From Fonticula alba ATCC 38817 (lineage: Eukaryota > Protista > Nucleariida), in NCBI GenBank assembly GCA_000388065.2, contig KB932204.1: DNA of 20,473 bases; one strand, written 5' to 3'. Both the position numbers and the translations under genes were made by a program. Position 1 is the stretch's first letter. Each line of letters opens with the position of its first letter. Positions 1 through 9,221 of this stretch are shown piece after piece. The notes beneath the pieces were generated by a model. The model did not search any database. It was not told where the DNA came from and saw only the letters and a list, made by a program, of their open reading frames with translations.

Positions 1-652
1 GCCCCCCCCCCCCCCACTCATGAGATCGCCGCCCCGGCCCCCGCGACCCCCTGGAGGGAAAAACCGCGCTGCAAGAGACGCCCTTCGTTCTGGCCTCACG
101 TTCGGGCCCCGCTGCGCGCTCGTTGGTCCGCCCTCCCGGCCAGTGGAGCGGCCTTCCCCCCGGCCTGACCCCTCTGCCCCGCCCCCCCCCCTCCCGGGCC
201 GGAGTCCGGAAAAGCCCGGCGAACAAAGAGGCCCGCAAGGGGATGCCCGGGAACGCCTATCCGGGCCTCCCCCAGGTGTGTCATCACCCCGCGCCCTGGG
301 CCCGATTGTGGCTCCCTAACCTGGTCCCGCGGCCAACCCCCGGGAACCAGCCTCCCAGGGGGGCAGGCAAGGGCGGGCTCCCAATCGGCGTCGGCGCATG
401 TGCCCACCGAAGTGCGCCCAGGCGGCCGGTCTCCGCGCCCCCGGGCCGCCCACACTCTCGACCCATCGAGAATGCTCCCCTGAGGGCGGGGCCCGCCTCT
501 GGGCCCGCTACCCCGCGCGAACCCCCCCCCCCCATCTCCCGGGCTCGGTCGGGGCTCGTGGCCGGGACTTTGCCCCCGCCCGCCCCTCCAGCCCCCCGGC
601 CTAGCGGCGACCACGCCGAGACCGCTTCCATATGATTGCGTGATAGTGGACC

Positions 653-672
653 CTCTCTCTCTCTCTCTCTCT
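653..672. repeat. (CT)10 microsatellite
   Basis: Seen directly. Confidence 0.95.
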
Positions 673-977
673 CACTCGTTGCTCCTATTAACATGGCCAT
701 GCTGATTGGGCATGCACATATCAGAGAATGCCCGCATACTACACACGAATGTGCCGCAGACAGCGAGCACATCGGTGCACCCGCCGGCCGCCGGCGTGGG
801 GACACCCTCCCATACACAAAGGCATGCACGCGTCCCCCCGAGGCACGCGCGCAAACACGCCTGGCAGCGTGCGGACGGCCCCCCCCCCCCCCCCCCCCGC
901 GTCCGCCCGCCCGCCCGCCCGTGTCCGCCAGAGGGCCTCGCCCAATCAGACGTGTTAATTGCGAGGAAGCAAAAGAT

Positions 978-1048
978 CCCCCCCACCGGGATTCGAACTC
1001 AAGGCACTCACATGACAGGCCACGGGCCCACTCCGCGCCGGCCGGGAA
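978..1048 (-). pseudogene. Degenerate tRNA-Asp(GTC)-like element (pseudogene or tRNA-derived repeat)
   Basis: Minus strand reads TTCCCGG CC GGC-GCGGAGTGG-GCC C GTGGC-CTGTCAT-GTGAG TGCC TTGAG-TTCGAAT-CCCGG TGGGGGG G, then ATCTTTT. It has cloverleaf spacing, a T-loop/B-box GTTCGAATCC, the GCCTGTCA anticodon context typical of tRNA-Asp and a Pol III-type T4 run. Several stem mismatches are present and U8/A14 are absent. Confidence 0.4.
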
Positions 1049-1624
1049 CCTGGCTGACTGAGCGGTGGAGTTCTCCCAAGAATGCAGTACAATTAAGTCC
1101 GGGCCAAATGGAATGCACGCCCTCCCAAACACTGGTTTTCGGTGCTTCCCTCATTTTAAACACACGCAGAAATGCCCTCCTCTTGTGGGCGAGTTAATGT
1201 CTCGCCAGCACCTGCCCCCGCACGGCCGCTCTCGTAGCCGGGGGCTTGGAAAGAGGAGGTACGATGCCTCCTGGCCAGGTTCCCCCCCCCCCCCCCCTCG
1301 TCCCTTCCCCTCTGCCTCTGGCTCTGCCGCTGTCTCTCTGACGGTTTCTCCTCCTCTTTCTCTGCCTGTGTCTGTCGCGACAGCGCCTCGGCCTCCCTCC
1401 CCTCCTGAGGTGGGGGGCGATGGATGGGAGGTTTCTTGGCCCCCGGCCTGTTGTCTGACCATTGCCGCCGCCCGGAGCAAGCTCCATTTGGCACACCCTG
1501 GGTATATTCCGCACCCTCGAGTGAGGGGCGTGTGCGCAAGAAAAAAAGCACCCGCCCACACGCAGACGTGCGCATGCACGGCCTTCCGTCCGAAAGGCAC
1601 GCATGCCCGCTGCCGCGGGCGCAT

Positions 1625-3230
1625 TCACGGACGGCGATACGCCTTCATCAGCCGGTACTTGTGCTTGTGCTCCCCGTGCTGAATGCGCTCGCCAATTTCG
1701 CCGAGCATCTTCTTCATGCGGCTCTCGCCGACGGCCGTGTTGCGCTGCTCGGCCACATAGTTGATGCCCTCCCGTGGGTGGACATACTCCTTCTGATCAA
1801 GGAGGGCCAGCAGAAGGTTCCGCAGGTCCAAGTCGGTGATGAGCTCACCACCACCAGTCGAGGCAATCGGGGCCGGAGCCACGCGGGTCTCCTTGGCGGT
1901 GTCGCGCTTGATTTCGGCCTGCGCATCATATTGTGTGCCAGGGTGTCAGGGTGTGCAGGTTGCAAAAGATCGAGGACCGACATGCTCGTCTCCCCCCCCC
2001 CCCCCCCCCAGCCGGGGCAAAAAACCGAAGCTCTAATTCTTCCAGGAAAAAAGAGAAGAAGGCATGACGCACATTGGCCACGTTGATGGCCTCATCCTGA
2101 AGCGAGCGCAGCCGCAGCATCTCCTCCCTCTTGCGAATCTTCTCGCGGTGCTCCTCATTGTGTAGGGCCTGCTTGAAGGAGAGATACTGTGACACAGGCG
2201 TTCGTGCGTGCGCGCGTGCGCGCGTGCGAGTGATGGCAAAAGGACAGCGGGGACAAAGCAAGGCCCAGGACGGAGGCAGGGCCGGGGGGGGGGGGGGGGG
2301 GGGGGGTCAGTAAAAACCACCCCATCCATGCCCGAGCATGCATGGCCATATCTCACACAGAGCATTGCCCGGCGATCGGGGCACGGGCTACACATACCTC
2401 GTCGCGCATTTCCGGCTGCATGGACATCCGGGCGCCCACCGAGGCCGCTAGCGACACCTTGCCCCCGGATTCGAGCGACCCCTCGCTGATGACAAAGTGG
2501 CTGTTCGGCCGGTAGGTCCCGATCGGTCGCAGCTGGAAGTGCTTTGGCGGTGGCAGGACCGGCAGGTTGGGCTCCAGGATCGGCAGCGCCGAGGGATTGC
2601 GCACATACGGCGCCAGGGACAGGGTGCGCGGGGGCTCGAGGACCGAGTCGGGCACTTGCTCCAGCTCCATGTGGATAACCGGTGCCCGGAGGGTGCGCAA
2701 TGCGCTGGAGGGATTTTTACTGGGCGCAATGGGGTGACATGCACGCAGGAGGTCAACATAGGGCCGGGGGCGGGGGCGGGGGCGGGGGAGGAGGAAGAGG
2801 GAGGACCACAGGGGAGATGTATCTTGCCGATCCGGGAGGAAAGTGCGGCGCGCGCGCGCGCGCGCAGACGCACTCAAAAAGGCCCTTCGTAGCCCGGACT
2901 TTCCCCAAACGCGTGCCGCGAGGTGTCCGGCTCCAAAGCTTGTAAATGTAATCCGGCACCTATGAGACAGGGGGCAGCGAGGTCGTCAGAGGGCGAGGGG
3001 CATTCCGATGGAACGGCAGGCATGGGCCCGGGCAATGCGCGTACTTTCACCAGAAACACCTCCTGCGAGGCATCCAGATCTAGCGTGCCCTCCTTGACCT
3101 CGGTCTTGGCATTGGTGGCCCCGGCGGCCACCATGGCATTGGTCAAGTTGATGGCAGCCATCGAGGCATCGGCCGCCCGTTGCGAAAGAACCGGCGGAGA
3201 GGAGTCCATGTTGGGGGAGGAGCTGTCCAT
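1625..3230 (-). CDS. GTF2F2: Transcription initiation factor TFIIF beta subunit (RAP30/Tfg2 family), 5 exons, 333 aa
   Basis: Exons 3230-3045, 2959-2874, 2719-2398, 2186-2073, 1918-1625 total 1002 nt, all GT-AG and frame-consistent. Family motifs: LDLDASQEVFLVK|VPDYIYKLW (cf. RAP30 LDL...VWLVKVPKYL), SLAASVGARMSMQPEMRDE|YLSFK (cf. SLEGIVVQRAECRP...YMRLK) and the C-terminal winged helix MKKMLGEIG...HGEHKHKYRLMKAYR (cf. LKEILKEIG...KGIHKNTWELKPEYR). Confidence 0.88.
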
Positions 3231-3746
3231 GTTGACCAGGCGCAGGGTCTCGTGCGATGGAGCAAGAGGATCGGATCGCAGGGAAGATGGCGGGGGAGGG
3301 AGGGGGGATGGGCAGCGGGGAGGGGTAGGATGCGCTGATCGACGAGGGAGAGGGGGTGCGGAGAGGGGAGGGGAGAGGGGAAGAGACAAATACCGGGACA
3401 GGGGTGACGGGGGAAAAAAAACCCAACAAACTAGCCAACCAACAAGGCGAGGCGAGGCAAGGCAGGGAGGAGAGAGGGAGAGAGATTGCCGCGCGCCTCG
3501 CACCCGGGCGCCGGCGTCGCGGCTGCCGAAAAAGCCCCACCCCCAGGGGCTTTTCACTTTGACCCGGCGTGATCGAAGCATAGGCAGGGACATGCGTCGG
3601 TACCTGGTTTGGGGGCGCGCTGCGACGTCAGGTGCAACCCCCAACGCGGTCAACATTTTTAGTAGCTTAGTGTATTTTCCCGGGCCAATGTGGCGCCGCG
3701 TCTAAAGGGGGCGAGAGGAGCGGGGAGGAAACATGGGTGTGCTGGG

Positions 3747-3789
3747 ACACACACACACACACACACACACACGCGCGCGCGCGCACGCG
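3747..3789. repeat. Compound (AC)n-(GC)n alternating purine-pyrimidine tract
   Basis: Seen directly, between the DIS3 stop and the GTF2F2 start. Confidence 0.95.
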
Positions 3790-4088
3790 GGCATTTACAC
3801 AGATGCGTGGGTGCTCTCGGTGTTTGCCACGGTGCTCGCATCCTCCCCGTGCATGCATTTGCCATGCGCACCCGACGCAAGACCCATCCATGCGTGCGGG
3901 TGTTGCGCCGCGCGCGCGCGCGCGCGCCCACCCGAAGGAGGCCGAGGTGGTGGTGGAGGGGGGACCAGAACGAGGAAAGGAGGAGGAAAAGTCGGATGCC
4001 CAAGCATCACCGGGCATGCCCCTCCCTTGGGACGGGCCTTGATGTGAGCCCGCACTCACGCCCCTCCGTTGGCCTCTTCCGTGCCCCA

Positions 4089-7000
4089 TCAGACAGACTG
4101 CCGGGCCTTCTTGATTTGGCCGCTGGACGTCTCTTCCCGGGCAGCCTGGCCCGGGGCATCCTCCGGCTGGGTGCGCTTGGCCCGACTGGCGGCCAGCTCG
4201 GCCGCGCGCTGGGGAATGCGCGGCACAGCCAGCGACTCGAGCGTCGGAGCCGGGACCGGATCACAGGGCGTCCCATCCAACGAGGGAGCCAGCAGGGAGA
4301 TCTTCAGCAGGCTGTTGGCCACATCCACGCGGCTGTCTGGCCGATGGGCCATGAGGCTAACACGCGCGCGGTCGAAAACACCCAGGAACTTGCCTGCAAG
4401 CGGAGTGGCGGAGCGGGTGTGTGTGTGTGTGTGTGTGTGCGGGGGGGGGGGGGAAGGCACATGAGAGATCAGGCAGTGCAGCATACAAAGCCGTGTGCGC
4501 GAAAGGAGCGTCAGCGCGAAAGGTGGACGATCAAGCGTGCGCGGATGCGTGCATGCATGTATGTGAGCTCATGACGGGCGCATGCGCCGTCGACACGTAC
4601 GGCCATCCAAGTGCTCGATCTGGGAGAGCTTGCGATTGTAGCGGAAGTTGGCGCTGGTGATGGGGATGAACCCCTCAAGGCCGAAAGCTGGCACATGGAC
4701 CACCAGGCCATTGCTCATGACTCGAACCACATACGCGGTCTCTTCCTGGGCCAGGTCGAAGCGGCTGAACAGCAGCCCGGTGAAGAGTTCCGTACTGGAC
4801 ATCGAGGCCTTCTTGGCACTGCGGTGGCGAATGTTGATGACTGTACGAGACGACCAACAGGGAAAGACGACGCCCGGCACATGTTCCCGGAGCACATGGT
4901 ATGACGTTAGACACATGGCACCGGTAACCAGTCCGGTGGACTGCTCGCGGGCTGCTCAAGGAAAGGGAAGAGGCAAGCAGGGCGGAGAGGCGGAAGGGCA
5001 ACACAGAGGAAAAGAGCCAAAGGCGAGGAGACAAGGACCAGCCGCAAGTCGCTCTCCCCCCATCGAGGGCCCGAGAGCACACGCGCACCATTGCACAGCC
5101 GGGTGATGTTGTCTCGGTGGATGAGCAGCTGGGAGGTCGGCTCGAAGTCGATGGCCGCGGCCAGGAGCCGGTGCACCAGGATATCCGAGTACCGGCGAAT
5201 GGGACTTGTGAAGTGGGTGTAGATATCACGCGCCAAGCCATAGTGCGCGAACTCGGCCCGCGGCTGCGTGCCCGAGGCAAAGTACACCGCCTGCATCAGG
5301 CACCGGGTGACCAGCATCCGGCAGAGGCTGTTGAAGAAGGGATCCTCCGGGTCGCTGCAGCGATCCAGCGAGTCAGCCAGCGCTCGGTTGGACGACACGT
5401 CCAAGCTGTGCCCCCGGGCCCGGAGGAACTGCTGGAGCTCATCAAAGCGCAGGGCCGTCGGCGCCGGATGCCGGCGCAGGACCGACGTCTGGGGGAAGGC
5501 GTCCACAATGAACCGGGCCACTGACACATTGGCGAAGAGCATGAACTCCTCGACCAGGGAATTGGCCGGGATGGTGTTCTTGACCTCTGTCGGGTGTGGA
5601 GTGTCGTGGGGCCGGAGGGGCAGCACATCCAAACGGAGGACATACCGGCGAAAGGGAGGGAAGGAAGAGCACAGCAGCATGTGTCAGCCCGGGCCAGGCG
5701 GGGAGGAAGGAGGGCGAGGAGGTGCAAGCTGCGCCGCCATCCGAGGGTGGATGTGAAGAGGAACAAGGGAGGCGGCGGAGGGGGAGAAGGGGAGAAAAGC
5801 AAGGGGAAAAAGGTTGACTGCGGCAAAGGGCCGAAGTGTCATCGAGATCCGCCACGCCCAGCAGTGATGGTGGCGAAGAGGAGGAAAGAAAAGAAAAGAA
5901 GGAGGAGGCAGCAATCACACGCACTGGCATAGAGGGGATTCTTGTCGTCGCCCAGCTCGAAGCGCACTTCCGGGCTGGAAAGCATCAAAGCACCAGCCTG
6001 GCGGCGCTGCTCGCGCAAACGCTGGGCAATGCGATTCAGCCACACCAGCGAGCCGACTAGCGGATCGCCCCGGCCATTGGCCCCGGTAACCGGGTCGTCC
6101 TCATGCCAGCCATAGGCCGCCGGGTCGTCCAGGCGCAACTGCGCCTCTTCGTAGCTGAAGGCCCGGCGAGACCGGACCACCGACTTGACGAAGCGCGTGG
6201 ACACCACACGCAGAGTCACCGGGTCCAGCTCCCACAGGCAGGAGAAGGTGAACCGGTCGACGTCGGGCAGAAGCGAGCACAGGTTCGTGCCCAGGAGATT
6301 GGGCAGCATGCTGATGCGGCGGTCCACCAGATAGACACTGGTCGACCGGGCGGCTGCCTCCGCGTCCAGCGGGGTGTTCGGCTTGACGAAGTGCGTGACA
6401 TCGGCAATATGCACACCGACCTCGACATTGCCGGAGGGGAGGACCCGCGCGTGCAAGGCATCATCGATGTCCGTGGTTCCGGGCGGATCGACCGAGCAAA
6501 CGAGCACATCACGCAGGTCGACACGGCGACCGAGGCCGCCCTGCGCGGCGATGGCCGCATCGGCCGACCAGTTGCCATCCGGCAGGCAGGCATGCGCCGC
6601 GGCCGAGAACTCCCCAAAAGGGACCCCATTCTCCAGGAGAATGACCTCGGATTCGGTGTCCTTGGTGCCGGCCGCGCCGATGGTCCGGATGTAATGCCCA
6701 CGCGGGTGCCGCGCCCCGGCATCCCAGTCATCAATGGCCACGACGATGCGCTTGGCCAGCAAGTCCGCCGGGGGCAGGCGCGTGCGGATGCGAATCCGCG
6801 GGATGCGCCGATCCAGCGGCTGGAAAAGAACCACCCGCGTGCCATGCTCATCCAGAGCCGGCAGCATGAGCTGCCCCTCGGGGATGCCACCGCAATAGGG
6901 GCGGCGATTGCGCTGGATGATGGCCACCACCCGGCCAGTTGGATGCGGCCGGGTTTCGGCCGTGGCCAGCGGCGCGGCCGTCAAGTCCGCATCGGTCTCC

Positions 7001-8303
7001 AGCAGGTAGGAGGCCGCGCTGACGCGGCTGGTCTGGCCGTCCGTGGCCTCGGCGCTATCCAGCTTGGCCTCCGAGGTGGGGAGCACCCACTCGGATTCCG
7101 GCAGGAGCTCCAGCGCCACGGTGTCCCCCTCGATGGCCCGGTTGAGAGCCCGCAGGCCGGGGACCACCACCGGCAGGTCGTGTGCGCGCGTCCAAACCAG
7201 CGCCTCTTCGACATTCAAATCCGAAATGCGGACATTGCCCCGCAGGAAGCGCCCGGACTTGACGCCCAGCGTGACGGTTTCCTCGTCCAGGTATGCCGGG
7301 AAGTCGAAGCGCTCTTCGGGCGTCAGGTCGGCCGTCAGAAGGGGATCGACAGAGACCCCGGCACCGGAGCCAGCCGGCAGCGACGCCAGCCGGTCCGCCA
7401 GGTCGGGGAACTCCTCGGCCAGAGCCTGGGCATAATCCACGAAGTGCCGCGCATGGCAGGGGGCGGTCTCCTCATTTAGCGCCATCTGCAAGTTCTGCCG
7501 GTCCTGCGTCAGCATGACCGCATGCATGCCCAAAGGGGCCCAGTGGGTGTCCAGCCAGCGGGTGGCCGTGCGAATGGCTGGGTCGTTGTTTTTTGTTTTG
7601 TTTTTTTTTTCCCGCCACCCCAATCCATGTATGGACGGTGGGCGAAGGACCGGGAGAAAGGTGAAGAAAGTGAGTGAGGAGCGAGCGAGCGAGCGAGCGA
7701 GCGAGCGAGAGAGAGAGAAAGGCTCTCCATCTCCTGGAAAAGGGCCACACCGGAGCCGGCGCACGCACCGCGGTCATTCCGGTCATTGGGCGTCTCCTCG
7801 GGGTTCTGCAGGACATAGGTCTCCCTGTGTGTGTGTGTGTGTGTGTGTGCGTGTGTGTGAATGCATTGCGACCGGGCAAAACGCCAGAGGCTTGTAGCGT
7901 GCAAGGTGTCTTCAGCCCACAGAGGGATGCATCTGACATACCGGTGGTTCTCATTGTTAAAGACAATGCAGCGCCGGGAGGCGTCCGACACCAGAGACCG
8001 GGCCCGAGAGTAAATCACCGGCGACCGGTGCTTCAGCTCGCTGAGGACCGTCTGCAAGATGACAATGTCATGCAGGGCCGAGTGCTCGAGAGCGTCCATC
8101 TACGATTTGGGACATCCGGACACAGGTGGCCATCCGTCAGTGAGTCCACAGCAGACAGGGCCCAAGTGAAGGGGCATCCGGGGGTACATGGGCCATGGTG
8201 CGCACCTGGTGGAGAAAGACGTTGGTGTCCGGCACGATGGCGTGGTAATCCGGGAAGGCGCTGCTGCGCATGGCCAACTCGGGGCTCAGCTCCGCCTCGA
8301 AGT
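4089..8303 (-). CDS. DIS3: Exosome complex exo/endoribonuclease DIS3/Rrp44 (PIN + cold-shock + RNB + S1); 5' end lies in the N gap
   Basis: Exons >8303-8206, 8099-7942, 7824-7769, 7577-5925, 5586-5089, 4840-4601, 4393-4089, all GT-AG and frame-consistent. PIN acidic residues are intact ([28 protein letters not shown]). The RNB catalytic motif [15 protein letters not shown] is present, as are [33 protein letters not shown] and an S1 domain with VFDRARV. Confidence 0.97.
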
Positions 8304-8794
8304 NNNNNNNNNNNNNNNNNNNNNNNNNNNNNNNNNNNNNNNNNNNNNNNNNNNNNNNNNNNNNNNNNNNNNNNNNNNNNNNNNNNNNNNNNNNNNNNNN
8401 NNNNNNNNNNNNNNNNNNNNNNNNNNNNNNNNNNNNNNNNNNNNNNNNNNNNNNNNNNNNNNNNNNNNNNNNNNNNNNNNNNNNNNNNNNNNNNNNNNNN
8501 NNNNNNNNNNNNNNNNNNNNNNNNNNNNNNNNNNNNNNNNNNNNNNNNNNNNNNNNNNNNNNNNNNNNNNNNNNNNNNNNNNNNNNNNNNNNNNNNNNNN
8601 NNNNNNNNNNNNNNNNNNNNNNNNNNNNNNNNNNNNNNNNNNNNNNNNNNNNNNNNNNNNNNNNNNNNNNNNNNNNNNNNNNNNNNNNNNNNNNNNNNNN
8701 NNNNNNNNNNNNNNNNNNNNNNNNNNNNNNNNNNNNNNNNNNNNNNNNNNNNNNNNNNNNNNNNNNNNNNNNNNNNNNNNNNNNNNNNNNNNNG
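8304..8794. other. Assembly gap (491 N) hiding the DIS3 start and part of the divergent promoter
   Basis: Run of N. The long ORFs in the track that cross it are artefacts. Confidence 0.99.
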
Positions 8795-9221
8795 GAGGGC
8801 AGAGGGAGGGGGGAGGGGGGGGGGAGGGGAAAGGGCTCGGGAGAGAGGAAGGGGGACGGGGGGAGGGCAGATGGCACGGTCTGTGGCGGCGCGTCCTGGA
8901 CGGGTCGGCCGCTTCTCAAGCGGGGGCGTGCGCGTGTACCGCGCGACGGTCGGGCCAGGTGCCGACGGATGTACACGCATGGCCGGAGCTAATCACGCGC
9001 CGTCATGCGCTGTACCGCGGCCCGGCCCGGCCCAGCCGCCCGGCCCCCCTGCACTCACCCCCTCTGTCTCTCTTGTCGATCGATCGGCTTTTGGCGCTCC
9101 ACCCTGGCACGCCCAAGGGACCACATCTGGGCGGCCAGCCCCTCCCCCCCCCCTCCCCCATCCGTCAAGCTTGCTTTCCGCCTCCTGCTGGTCCCCCTTT
9201 CCCCACGAGCCTTCGTGTTCC

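Noticed and set aside
1014-1045. Resemblance to the 7SL/Alu 5' end (GCCGG.CGCGG..TGG...GCCTGT)
   Set aside because: No SRP helix-8 motif downstream; the similarity is explained by GC richness and the tRNA-like fold fits better.
1188-1206. Small hairpin GGCGAG-TTAATGT-CTCGCC
   Set aside because: A 6-bp GC stem is expected by chance; no surrounding RNA structure is recognisable.
20-1682. Many overlapping Pro/Gly/Arg-rich ORFs in the first 1.6 kb
   Set aside because: They run through homopolymers and microsatellites and show no coherent exon structure or motifs.
5587-5645. Internal GTATGT in DIS3 intron 4, suggesting a nested or recursive intron or a micro-exon
   Set aside because: No AG precedes it, and the simple 5924-5587 intron already gives [20 protein letters not shown], which matches Rrp44 spacing exactly.
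6103-7479. 458-aa plus-strand ORF and similar antisense ORFs over DIS3, COG8 and the zinc transporter
   Set aside because: Shadow ORFs expected opposite GC3-rich coding sequence; no recognisable motifs.
1625-8303. GTF2F2 next to DIS3 (both on human chromosome 13)
   Set aside because: They are not neighbours in human as far as I recall, so there is no basis for conserved microsynteny.
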